Assembly (NCBI RefSeq): GCF_009834535.1
Contig: NC_045696.1
Coordinates: 23,190,001-23,254,000, forward strand
Direction: 5' to 3'
Source of the DNA: Camelus ferus
Taxonomy: Eukaryota
Length of the DNA: 64,000 bases
Shown: positions 13,006 through 25,671 of the stretch, in pieces
Layout of the letters: each line of letters opens with the position of its first letter
Position numbering within the stretch: position 1 is the stretch's first letter
Notes under the pieces: model-generated
Told to the model about the DNA's origin: nothing
Seen by the model: only the letters and a program-made list of their open reading frames with translations
The model's database searches: none
Translations under genes and position numbers: made by a program

Positions 13006-15434
13006 ATAAGATGATAGCATAGGTTCTTTAGCAAGGCTTTTAGGTTCTTCCATAAAACAAGGACATTTTCTAAATATTCTCTTTAATATGAGCAACTATA
13101 ACCTTTGTTGGCCTCAGTTTCATGCCAAGTCTTAAGACTCTGATTTTATGATTTCAAAGAGTTGCCAACATAATTAGAGAAGAGGAGATGAGTTTTAAAG
13201 TGTGAAAAAAACAAAAGAGAAAGAGAAAGAAGGAGCGAGCGTGAATGAGACTGAGCCAACATAGAAAATGGGTTTAACTGAAGCAGAGTTTCAGCTGGAG
13301 AAGAGCAATTTGGAATTGTCCTAGTCTGGAACATTAACAAAAATACCATTAGGAAAGCTTTTAAGTTGGAAAAGAACAATCTATTTGGGATGTGTGGCCA
13401 TGGACTGCTTGCTGGAAAAGCATTCCAAACCATGTTGTTATGGCCAGAAAGCCATGCATAAAGGATAAGATTTCTTTAAAAACCAGGAAGAAGAAGATAG
13501 AGACAGACCAAGAGAGAGAGATACTGATCAAATTTTGAAAATCTAATGATAGACACAAAAATGATGGTAAAAATTAATATTAACTTGTATATAGTTTATC
13601 AGTTTGAAATCGTTCCTACCCTGCACTCAACAAAATGCCTGGAGCATCATGTGAGTTCAATAATAGATGTAGGGCAGAAGCTTTAAACCCCGTGCTTGTG
13701 AAGAAGATTCTCATTCCACAGTCTGTAATGTTAAGCGTGAATGTTGAGAAGAAGAAACAGCCAGGGACTAAGGGTGGCATCATCCTTGAAATCCTTTTGA
13801 TGAACATTAAATAAGAATAGGAGACAATACAGCAACATTCTGTTTCCTGAGTACACCCTTAGTACTGAGTCAGCCTGATTACAACAAACATTCTTTGAAC
13901 ATCTGCAATTTTTTTTTACTTCATAATGCTTACATTCTAATAGAAAGAGAGCCTATAAAGAGATAGAAGGTAAATAACAACAAGAAATTCAATTTCACTG
14001 AAAGCAGCAAAAAATTTTTTAAAGAAAAAAGTCATTGGCAACAGGTGCTTAACTATCTCGTAAACTGAGAGAAAAGCAGTTCTTTAAGAATTTAAGAGGA
14101 GGCAGTACTGCCACAAGTATTGGGTTACGTGATCTCCTGGAATTGAACATGGAAAGGTATACTGTATAAGGTAAGATTCTAGGCTGGGGTCTCTGTTTCT
14201 ATAAATTATAAGTACTTGTAATTTTTTTAAAGTCTATCTTCTGAGATTTTTTAAATTCTGATGGTCAGCCATGGAATATGGTGCAACTTAGAAAGCTGTT
14301 TTTCAGTAGCACCACTTTGGACCCAAGAGAGTGGAAAAGCACTCTACCCCCAGACTGAACCTGAACTACCTCAAAGGGTGACTGCAAATGACTGAACACG
14401 GCATGGCCATCCCTACCTTACTGGGGGGAAAATGAACATTACCTAGGACATTAAGGAGCACGGTCCGTACCTTCTATGAAATGGGTTAACTGAATACATT
14501 AATCCCCCACACAAACACATAGATACATATATTCCCCTGTAATACTGACTGAGTGCAGAATGATTGTATGAGATTGTAGGAATCTGTTAGCTCATTTTAT
14601 CTTCAAGCAAAGGGCTGGTAGTTTTCAGAAAGGATGTTAAGAGGTTGCACACACAAAGTAGATAACTGGAAAAAAAATGTGCAAAGTTTAGGATTAAACC
14701 TCTCTTTCACCAGAAAGAATCTAATTATTTACTATGTTTTGATCATGGAGAAAAAATATTTTTCTTTCTACCTATCCTATATAGGTGTATTTTCTTTAAT
14801 AGATGCCAATTATACACTGATGTATATTTGAGGTAAGCCTTAGTTCATGAAGATGATTTTTTTAAACACTCCACTTAAAAATGCATGATCTCAGAAGGGA
14901 AAAAAAAAATGAAGAGAGCCAAATCCTATCACACAAACATACATTTAACTCTTAACAATGCCTGTGAGGCTATGCACATTGCTAACAAGACAAGATTTTG
15001 TGTTTTTTAGCTTATTATGTTACAGTGTGACCTGTCAACTAGATTCTTAAACAAATCATTTCCTGATGCCCTTGACTTGTGTAAAATTAGTGAATAACTA
15101 CTTTAGTTTACTGATGCTCTTTAAGGTTAAAGCATGATAGATAAAACACCTCGGATTAAGACTTAATAACACAGAGTTCTTTTCACAAACCAAGTTTTAG
15201 GACAAATTGGGAGTTCTAGTGAACAATTGGGAATTTCTTTAATAAAATATCACACAGATTGGAAAATTGGCTTTTGGGAATAGGATCTGGAAAAATTTTT
15301 GACACAAAGTGATAGGGCCCAACTGTATTATTTTTCTTTGCTGACATTCCTTTCCCAAATGACTAAGCAGGCTTATTAGAGGACCAATTACTCAGTGTCA
15401 AAACCATAAAGTGGGATTCAGGATGAAAGTAAAT

Positions 15435-15630
15435 GTGTTTGATACCTCCTGTGTGCCAAGCCCAGAGGACAAGCATGGAGTAGGCATTTCCATATACTTA
15501 ATCTTGTAATTCTGTCTTCTTCTTTCTCAGATAAAGTAATTAAGTTTTAAACTAGAGGATGTACTATCTTATCCAAGGTCACAAAAGGGAGTCTGGACAC
15601 TAACATATTCGTCTGATATTACACCTCCTA
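15435..15630 (-). mobile_element. MIR SINE, degenerate
   Basis: acctcctgtgtgccaagc ... cttatccaaggtcaca. Confidence 0.5.
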
Positions 15631-15703
15631 CTTATATTTTTATTCCACACAGCCTTTCAATTTGCTTTAATTATCAGAAGCTATAACCTTGATTAGAAAA
15701 TCA

Positions 15704-15822
15704 TACGAAAATGAATAAATGCATATTTATGCATGACTGGGACATCGTGCTGTACATCAGAAAGTGACACCTTGTAACTGACTATACTCCAATAAAAATA
15801 AATACATAAATAAAATGAAATG
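15704..15822 (+). mobile_element. 5'-truncated lineage-specific (camelid-type) L1 3' end with A-rich tail
   Basis: gcatgactgggacatcgtgctgtacatcagaaagtgacaccttgtaactgactatactccaataaaaataaat. Confidence 0.75.
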
Positions 15823-18137
15823 AAAACCATGGATGCTCATTTTGAATCTGGTATTGCCTTGGGAAGAACCAAGGGGGTTTGCTTAGCATAACCTGCTTTT
15901 ATGGTATCTTTTTGCACTAATTATTTTAATTTCTTAAGAAAAGACATTTTATGTACAAGGGTTGTTGGTTTTATAACTTCTCCCTTTCATGAATTAATAT
16001 CACTGTCATTGTAACACTGGTAGCAAATACACAGGGAGTGGTATAGTTAAGGAAAAGCATGTCACCAAGAGTAAGGATCAGAGTTTATATTGTCCTAAAT
16101 TCTGATAGCTAACTCAGGACAGCAAACTTCTTTATGGCATAGGCAATAATAAGAATGATTTATTTACCAATCACCCCAAAAAAGCCTTTATTTATTATTT
16201 TCATCTTTAAAATCTATTTGCCAAAAGGAAAACCTAGGCTCACAGGCTCATAAAAAAATAAAAAGAGAAGAGAATTTTTCATTTTCTCAAACTTCAAAAA
16301 AGGCATGAGTTTGACTCAAGTCTTTTTCCATGTGGCTCATTTTTAATTTTCTTGGGCTGGTAGGAGGAGGATAATACTCCTAAGTCTTTGAAAATAATAA
16401 ACAAGAATTAGCCCTACCTTAAATTCTAGTAACCTAGCCCATACACCAACAGAAGTACTCTGTGTATAAGAAAGTAAATGAAAATATAAACATGGTATGT
16501 TTGACATTTTGGAGGATCCTTGGAGAGACACTGATTTGTAATTCAGATCACATAGCATCTTTGATTTCTCCCACTCGCCCAGGCCCTTTCCCCACCCCTC
16601 ACCAACCCAAAAATAAAACACAAAAGCTTTATCTGCAATGGATGGAGAGCAACCCAGGAATTTGCGCAGAGACTATCCATCACATTTCTGTCTTAATTGA
16701 ATGACACTAGAATGAGATCGATAAAATGTAACAAGAGACAGCTTTGCATTTCCACACTCTCTTATTCCTCCTCTCTATTACTCTCAGCCACCACCGTGAC
16801 CAGAAAGCCCAAGTACAGAACATGAACCCTGCTGCCAGGCAAGCTGTTAGGATGTGAATAAACTTGTCAGAGAAACAACAAAACTTATAAATGTTAGAAG
16901 GGAGCTGGTGAGACAAAAGGTTATTAGAGGAGTATTGAATAGGCTTCTTTAAAAAAGCAATTTCATAGATGTATTCTCACCCCTGAATTACCTCCTCAAA
17001 TGCAATGTTTCAGTTAGATAATCTCTACGGCTCTCCCTATGCCCCCAAGATTTCTTGAGAATGCATCAATGGCTGGCTCAAAAGCAGATGTGGTGACATC
17101 TCAGCTCCAATCTGCAAGTCCTACGATGAATGCCGGGCAACTGTGATGTCCGTGTATACAGGGTTCCTGAGATTTCCAATGCATTATTGATAACCTCATC
17201 ACTCTGCTAAAAGCAAAGGCTGACATTGTTATAATCTCAGCCTTCTCCTGAAGAGCTCTGCCTTTGCCTGGGAATCGATCAGAGGAAGAAAGAAGTAAAC
17301 CAAAGAGCAAAACTGCACATGTAAAAATCAAGAAGGTGGAGAATTGCCTACATTCACTTCACTCTGTGTGTTAACTAAAATCACATGGCCTGCTTGGGTG
17401 TTTTTATACCTTTGACAGTTTACAACGTGGCCAAACGCTGGGCTGTATGTTGTAATAATTCATTTAATATTCCACATCTTGAGCTTGTTAGAAGCTATCC
17501 CCAGAACAAAAGTCTGTATTAAAAAATAAAGTTTTTAATGTAGTTTCAAAAACGGCAGATTATTTTCTTCATTCCAGTAAATTTTCTCTGTACCATTTTG
17601 CAACTTAATTAGTTAGAGGTGACTGCTCTGTCTTCCTACAGCTTCTTTCTGTGGTCATGTGCCATATTATGAAAGATATGTACACCTGCAGAGATACTCT
17701 ATACAATTTTACTTTTTTATATTTTAATAATGCAAGGATATAGCACACATTAGTGCCTAAACTGTTTATAATTTTTATTTTATTTTCAAAAATGATACAT
17801 TGAATAATATGACAAAACGTACGTGTCACATCTCATCACAAGTAATTAAAAGAGAGAATTAGAAGATACACTCAGAGCATGGTTTAGGACTTGATTTTTT
17901 TGTCTATGTTCATTCTTGGAGATAAAATCTTAAGTAGCCCATCTTGCTGTTAAAAAGAAGAGAAAGTTATTTTCTTAGCTGGTAGATGGATACATAATTT
18001 GCAAAATAGTCCTTAGTTGTAAGTTACTCCTGGAATCTAGAGCAAATGAGTTTGCAATTCAATCATGATTCGCAAATGAAAACAAGGGGTCAAATGGAAC
18101 AAAGGGCAAAACATACATAATTTTGTTTCATCTGCAG

Positions 18138-18179
18138 ACATTAGGCACCTGGAGCAGGAGTTGGTGGCTACCTGCCCAG
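18138..18179 (+). other. Candidate 42-nt internal exon
   Basis: Acceptor ttttgtttcatctgcag| and donor CAG|gtaaga; purine-rich body; length divisible by 3; one open reading is (D)IRHLEQELVATCP. Confidence 0.4.
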
Positions 18180-18995
18180 GTAAGACACAGCATGCATTAA
18201 TGAACCTAGTTTATCCACCTTTCACTTGTTGAGGCCTGTATTTAATGTCCTGTAAATTTTCCCCAAGTTACAGATTGTGCCCAGAGTAAGGCCCCAGGAA
18301 AGGTGGATATTATAGGAAGAAGTGTGTATGTCTTTAGACATGAATGCACATACTGCAAGGCAGAAAACTGTTACTCCCTACATTCTAAACCAAGTAAAAT
18401 TTAAAGCGCCTCAAGACATCACAATGTTTTATTATGGGTTATGTTTTTAATGTAGTAGTGGCCCACTTTCCCAAGGGCTTCAGGAGTGTAACCCTGGGAA
18501 AAAGACAAATTTCATGGAATATGGAACTTATTTGAGCAACATAAACTAAAACTAACTTGAAGTGAAAAAGATTCTACCCCCTGATCATCTAATTTCATCT
18601 ACTGCTGTTTGCTTTAGTTGGTGGATTGTACATGGAGCAGTAAGACAGTAAGGCTATTTCTGATATGAACAAGCACATCACTGAAAAAAACAGTAACATG
18701 TAACAAACGCCACCAGAATTTGGTGGCACCATAGTGGGGCCTGGCCATGCTGATGTGTGGGTACCTGCCATTGGGGAAGTTGATTAACCCCATGTATGGC
18801 ACTTATAGGCCAGAGGCTAGCAACTGATTGCAACCTGTACGTAGTGTGAGTTCACACAAAGAACACAGTTATTGCTGTAGGGTGCTTCCTGTTGTTGGTG
18901 TTATAGCATGTGGGTTGTTCTTAATTTTTAAAATGACGCTATGGCTAATTAGGGGTGTTGGCACAGCTTGGAGTGATGAAGAAACCGATTACAAT

Positions 18996-19027
18996 TATAA
19001 AAGACTTCTGGGGCCAGAGCAGTCAAT
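18996..19027 (+). promoter_or_regulatory. Candidate TATA box with Inr-like element
   Basis: TATAAAAG at 18996-19003 and tcAat with the A at 19025 (TATA at -29), in repeat-free, CpG-retaining sequence. Confidence 0.3.
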
Positions 19028-19660
19028 GAGGCTGACTGCAACCCGTGCTAGCCTCAGCGGTGTCTATGTGGTTGTCAACTATGATTATGTGAGAAGCAGA
19101 CTGGATTTATTAGTTGCTTTTTCTTTTTTTTTAACTATAGGATTCAAATGCCCATGGATGTGGCTCACAATATTATCAGAGTCTCAGTTCCTCTCCTGTG
19201 TTTTCCTTGTGCACTAAGAACACTCAAGAAAGAAAAAAGAAAAACCCTATCCCATTGTACTGTCCAGAGTCTATGATAAGGCAGGATGAATAAAAAAGAA
19301 AAACTGTCTACTTGAAGTAACTTTTATAATACTTTCTCATCTTAAACCTAAAAGTCAGCCTCAACCTTGTTTATTTTTCGCATTCTGTATATTTGAAACT
19401 GATAAGAAACAAGAGAATATATTGGATATCCACCAATAAGGTGAAAAAGGAACAAATGGAATTTTACTTTGGGGAAGTTATTTTCTAGAGAGCGAAAAAA
19501 AAAAAAAAAAAAAAAAGAAAGAAATAAAGAAAGAAAGCAATGAAGAGAAAACGAACCTTTGTTTAATCCTATGGGGAAATCTATTGAAATACAGCATCTA
19601 AACATAGTTTATGTTTGAGTTTTGTCCCCTCACAAGTATTCTTCATTTAGGAGATGTGCA

Positions 19661-19666
19661 TTTATT
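19661..19666 (-). other. Candidate polyadenylation signal (minus strand)
   Basis: The minus strand reads ttgtaatgtgttgtAATAAAtgcac, with TGTA elements just upstream of the hexamer. Confidence 0.3.
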
Positions 19667-19882
19667 ACAACACATTACAAAAGAGCCTGAATGGGTATTC
19701 AAATAGCTGCTGTAAATCAAAAGATTCTTTTTTCAAGGAAACAACCATAGATTTTTATAGTTTTTGCACTTTGCTATGGACATTCTAAAATGATAGAAAG
19801 ATTCTCATTTGTGCCCCCCTCCCCCCAACCCTGAAGCTATTGAATTGTTCTGGTTTTGTACAGTGTAGAACAATCCTGCAAT

Positions 19883-19888
19883 AATAAA
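19883..19888 (+). other. Candidate polyadenylation signal (plus strand)
   Basis: ttttgtacagtgtagaacaatcctgcaatAATAAAacatttc, with two TGTA elements upstream. Confidence 0.3.
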
Positions 19889-21663
19889 ACATTTCAACTT
19901 TGTACAAAAGGTGAAGCTTTTCATTTGAAGTTTTTCTTTAACAGGAAAAAAAAAAACCCCAGAGAAAATGGGCTGACAGCTTTAGAAAATTTAAACAATT
20001 CCCCTTGCCAAGATACGTATTTCATGAGTTTTCTCTAATTTCAGATTTGGTGCATATGTGTCGTGCTAACAATGAATGCTTTCAATTTCAGTGTTCAGTT
20101 TCTCTCTCTGCTTAAAGCAATCTTCAACTTTTAATAGGCAATTATTTTTCTAATCGCTTCTTAAAAACTTTTTTCAGGGCTGTGAAACACTAAGCTCTAA
20201 GTTATCCATGTTGGTTGCATTTAAGACAAACCGAGCGCATTTTAAACTGCAAAATGCACTTGATTGGTAAAGGTATCTTAAAATAAGGAGGTAAAGCAGG
20301 GAGGCTAAACCTCAAAGTATTAGAAAACTTTCGTGACTTACCAATTCACAGGGGAATTGGATGAGAAGCATTCTTTTAAGGGAAAAAAAAATAAGCAAAG
20401 CAGTATTGACTATGATTGTTTAAATGGGATCTATAGTGTTGTACTGTTTTCTCTTATAAGCATTAAACTTCACTTCACAAAATAGAGTGTCTTCTCAAGT
20501 TCTCTCTTTATACCTGTCACCTACATGGAACACATTATTTTATATTTAAAAAATGAAACATGCTCTTATCATCTCAACTATTCATATACAATTTCCTTTG
20601 AAATACAACTGCTTCAAATAGCATTCTTTTGTGGCAACAAAACGGAAAAAACTAATGAGAAAAACAAGAAGAAATAACATGCTATGTTTTACAATATAGC
20701 TATCAGGCATGAAAAGAAAGACAATGAGTCCAGTTCTGTAACACCTAACCAAAGCTCTTTAACAATGCTCATTTCAACGCTGCAGACACAAATAGAATAA
20801 TAAAAATGCATGTGGCTAAGTAGTTGAAATATTAACTGTGATAATGTAAGGACAATTCCAGTAAGATTCAATTCAAATCAGAAAAATCAACTAATGTTTC
20901 ATGAAACCAACTAAAGCTATAATAAAAGCTTCCTTCAATTTCAATATTTTAAACTTAGTTTACAACAAGCTGTTTAAAAGACTTGTTTAATTATTAATAG
21001 AAACATTTTACCTCAGAGATTTTTTTTTTTAATTGCACTTGATATTATCTACCAGTGGTTCAATCTAGAAGGTAAAATACAGAACATGGCTGAGCCAATA
21101 TTGTAAAGATCCTAATTAGTATCACGCTATAGAAAAACAATGAAGTGATTTTGTCACCAATTACTGATAATTAGCCTAAGTACAACAGTTAATTTCATGG
21201 AAATAAAACCACTATAAAATGAAAGGAACAAAACCTATCATAATTAATAGCATTTGCCGGCATTCCTCAACTGCTTATTTAATTCATGAACCATAAAAGT
21301 TTGAAACAACTTAAACAGCTAAACCCACACACAAAATTCAAGAATCCGTGTATCTGGATTTTCTGATTTTCTAGCAACTGTGGAAATATGCAATTTAGCA
21401 ACAGAATTAATTATGTTTATCAAACTTCTATCCCCTAAACCTTAATGTATCATACTTCCAGAATGTGCACTTGTTAAACAATAAAATCTAGTATATTAAA
21501 TTACAGAGATATCTCTGTGATAGCTTGTCATTATCCTGTCACAATGCTACTACAGTGAACTACCATAATTGCAGAAATATTACAGTGTTAGAAGTCCCAA
21601 TCTCCCTTGCACTTTTGTCTCAAACTTTTCTCTCCACTTGCTTCTTCTTTTTTTTCATTGTAG

Positions 21664-21867
21664 CTCTGCTGTCTGTGCTCATGAGCATGGGGACCACTGT
21701 GCTTGTGCCCCTGTGTCAGTTTCATCTCATGCATTAACTGTGCCCCAAGTTTCGGAATTCGACTGTCACAAGGCATCGTGAAGTCAAGCCAAGCTTTAAA
21801 AATGTTGTTCCGGCTTCTCTTAAAGCTGGAAAGGATTCATTTTGCAAGGTACCTACCACTCAACAAA
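21664..21867 (+). other. Candidate exon (strong acceptor, uncertain donor)
   Basis: ctccacttgcttcttcttttttttcattgtag| at 21663; possible donors AAG|gtacct (21848) or AAA|gtaaga (21867). Confidence 0.3.
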
Positions 21868-22850
21868 GTAAGAACAATTCAAAGCCAGTGACTTCTAAAG
21901 CTAAACTTGAGAAAATGCACCCTTGCAGATATTTTTCTAGTTTCAATAAGTTCCGAAAACAAAACTTTAAAACCTAACAAAACATCACTTTAGACTATTG
22001 CCTATTAAACAGCAACATCAATTTTAAAACTTTAGGTACACAAATAAAAACATTTTAGAGGTTTTAGGCCACGCGGAGATAAGATCCTCTCTGGGGAGAC
22101 GACTAGAAACTGCTCGGTCTTTTGTGCAGACTCCTGGAATGTGCTGGCTTTTCATTTCTTTCTTTGTGTCTGGCACACTGGCCTCACAGGCAGTGTCTTA
22201 AGCCATGCAGGGTCAGGGCAAACAGAGAACAGCATTCATGGACAGATCAAGTTTATGTGAGAATCTGCTCCTCCGCTGCCCTCAATCTCCATATGAATTG
22301 TTAATAAAATCTCAGCCTGAAAGCTCATCACCCCAACAGTGGGGAAGTCATGCAGAGAATCCTCTAGTTCAGAAAAACAAGATTTCTTTATCTTTTTCAT
22401 CCTTCGCCAGAATTCGTGGGAATTCTGCCATGTAACCTCTTCCTGAACCACCCCTCCTCCCCACCTCTCTGCACAACTCTCTTGGTCGCACCTGATCATC
22501 AGGGAAGGCGGGGAACTAAAAGACAAAAGAAACATTCTGGCACCCACAGCAAATCTACCACAACATCAACTTTGCATCTGCAGTAATTTGCTGCTGTAAA
22601 AACCTTGAGGCAAAAGGAAATATCAATGCTTAATTTTTTCCAGTTAGTGTCAAAAAGCTAGAAAGACTTTCCCGTAGCTTTATGACACCACATGAACTAG
22701 AGAGCCACAGATATAATAAAAGGTCACATAGAAAGCGAAGAACAGAGTCATACCCTAATTAACGTGATATCTCCATGCAAATACTGGACAGGAACAAGAC
22801 TCGATGTATGTTGCAGGCAATCTTGCATGTGTCTTCTAACCTTGCTACAG

Positions 22851-22968
22851 GCTAGCTGGGCCTCTTGTTTCCTCTGCTTTTGCTCCTTGCAAACTGTTTT
22901 AATATCGAACGCTTTTCAGAGGGATGGGCTGATGAACGAAAACATGAATTTCCTGCTTGCCCTTTAAG
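22851..22968 (+). other. Candidate 118-nt exon
   Basis: gtgtcttctaaccttgctacag|G ... TTTAAG|gtgggt. Confidence 0.3.
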
Positions 22969-24930
22969 GTGGGTTAAAGGGGGTGCTAGCAATCAATTAC
23001 AGAACAAAAGAACAAAACAAAACAAAAAAAGACTTAAGAACCTAAGGAGTGAATGTGTTACATTCTTTCCAGTCTATTTTTTTTTTAAAACTAAGTGCTT
23101 CATTTTTATTTACCCTTATAATGAATAGTAAATATCTATTTTATGTAAAAACTTAAAGTTAAGTTTACCCCATAGGTCCTGAAGAAAATCTATAATTTTC
23201 TGCTTGAAAAGTCTTTAAATGCACTTAACTTTCATTTCAACTTGATAATGATTTTACAAGGAATAAAAAAGCTTAACATTTCACTAGAATTTGTGCTTCA
23301 TATTTTCAAATTGCTGTAACACACTCAGGTTCACTTCAGAATAAAAAGTTGTATTTTCCACTCTAATTAACAGTTTGACTCTATTAAGTCTTTGTTTCTT
23401 CACTTTATTTTGGTCAATAAAGCAATATTAACTTCTAAACTCTTTGCACATAAATTGTTACAAGATATCTTTCATTACAGTTTTCTTTCCTTTACCCACA
23501 TATATCAAAAAAGTTGAATATAAAACAAATATTCCTAAAGAATACACAAATAAATGTTATTTGATGAAATATAATGCAAAATTGTATCACCATATATCAA
23601 GAAATGCTATTAGGTAATATTTGAGAAGATAAAAATACACAAACACACACACACAGACCCCTACACAGAGCTTCTCAAAAATAAGCAAAGTAAAAGGAAC
23701 ATAGGAAACTCCTTAACCACTCACATAACAAAGTCACACAAATGTATTACCTCACTCAACTGATCTAAAACAAAGTCATTATCATAAATAGCACATTCAT
23801 TTGCTTTATCTCCATAGGTATCACTTTAGTATGTGAAACCTAGAAATCAGTAGTTCAAAGAATTCTCTTAAATAAAACTTGTCACAGAAGTTTAATAAAA
23901 TTTTCAAATAAAATTAAATTTAGTTTTATATTAAATATCCCTCCCAGTGCCTCATGGAAATCTCTTTAGGTATTGAGACCTTAGAAATTCATTAAAGACA
24001 CAATGGAACTACAAATGCAAAATAAATTTCAATATTATTCTTTAGCATTGATGTTAAGTCATTATTATAATTAATACATACTATACTATTTCTGGAAGCA
24101 TAGAAATTCCAATTGTTCTTCACAACATACTTAACCTAAATTAATCTTTAGATATATAAAGTCAGTAATTCAATAAATGTTAAAGAATTATAAATACTTG
24201 CAAAGTTATGCAAATTTGCGAAAGAGTTGTTTTAGAAAGTGGAGAATTATCTGAAATATATATTGGTCTTTATGTAATAATTACTCAATAAGCTAATTTT
24301 AGAGTAATGAGTACAACAATTAAGCAGGGCCATGAGAAATTCAATAAGATTTATTCATAAAACTGTGTTACTGAATTATATCACCTCAAACGTTTATTGT
24401 GTTGACCTACTTCCATTAATTGCCAAAGGAATAATAATATTTTGGTGCAGAATTTATATTACCAAACTTTAATTTCTATTGTGATGTGTATTTTCCCAGA
24501 AGCAGGAATTAACAGTTTGGTCAATTTCCTTTAAGAGTTTGCTTTTCAAAATATGTGTTTTCAAAATATGAAAGCAGTTCTGGAGTAGGTATCTTCATTC
24601 TTTTTCTAAGGAACTTGTCTCATTGACTTCTATGGGGTCCACTTGCACTCTAATGTGGTAAAGGAAGAGGCAACATTGAACATGCTTGTCACTCTGAGGC
24701 TTGGAAGGTGACAGCCAATGGTACTTTCAGCTCTGCCCAAAAGCCCTGTGAGCCAGAGAGAGAACATGCTCCCAAGAAATAGCCTGGAGGTGGTAATAAG
24801 ATGAAGAAACTTAGAACTCTAATCTGGACATGTGTATTTACATCCTGAACATAGATATCAACGTGGTTCCATGATATGAGATTTAACAAGACAGCCTCCA
24901 GATCAAGCCAGAGACACGTTGAGGCATCCA

Positions 24931-25355
24931 TGTTGTGGTCCTCCAAAATTCACACATTGAAGCCCTAGCCTCCAATGCAACTGTATTAGGACATAGGGCC
25001 TCTAAGGAAGTAGTTAAAGTCAAATGAGGTTATAAAGGTGGGGCCTTGATCCACTGGGGGGTTGGTGTCCTTTTAAGAACAGACACCAGAGAGGGCACAC
25101 GTGCCTCCTCTCTCTCTCATTCTCTTTCTCCCTCTCTGTCCTTTTACGCATGTCTAAGAAAGGCCAAGTAAGGACACAGGGAGAAAGTAGAGGTCTACAA
25201 GCCCGGAAGAGCATTCTCACCATAAACCGGACTTACCATCACTTTGATCGTGGACTTCCAGACTTCAAAACTATGAAAAAAAAAAAAAAAAGTCTGCTGC
25301 TTAGCCACCTAGTCTGTGGTATTTTGTTACAGTAGCGCAGGCAGATTAGTATACA
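24931..25355 (+). mobile_element. MaLR solo LTR (MLT1A/B-like)
   Basis: cctccaaaattcacacattgaagccctagcctccaatg ... ggacttccagacttcaaaactatga ... gtctgtggtattttgttacagtagc ... tagtataca. Confidence 0.85.
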
Positions 25356-25671
25356 TACTAAAACCAACAACAACAATCGCAGATTGGAATAAACCCAGAA
25401 CTGCATTCTAAGGATAGTTCTGCTTTACCTGCATCTTTTCCCTTCTTGCAGAGCTAGGTGAAGTGGACGAGAATCTCAATCTGTATCCCTGCTTCTGTCA
25501 TAAGACATTAAGCTTATCACCCACCTGCTGTGTACCTTGTAAATCCGTCTGTGAGCAACATCACTGATTGCATACCTAAAGAGTATAAAGTCTTAAAAAG
25601 TCATTTTCAAGTATTAGAGTAGAAAGTTTATAGTCATTTTCCTTCAAAACAGCTATGGGTGAAAAAAAATA

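Noticed and set aside
18828..19217. Longest ORF (129 aa) as an intronless gene
   Set aside because: It starts at TTG and reads through a polypyrimidine tract and acceptor; only the part after 19140 is kept as a spliced candidate.
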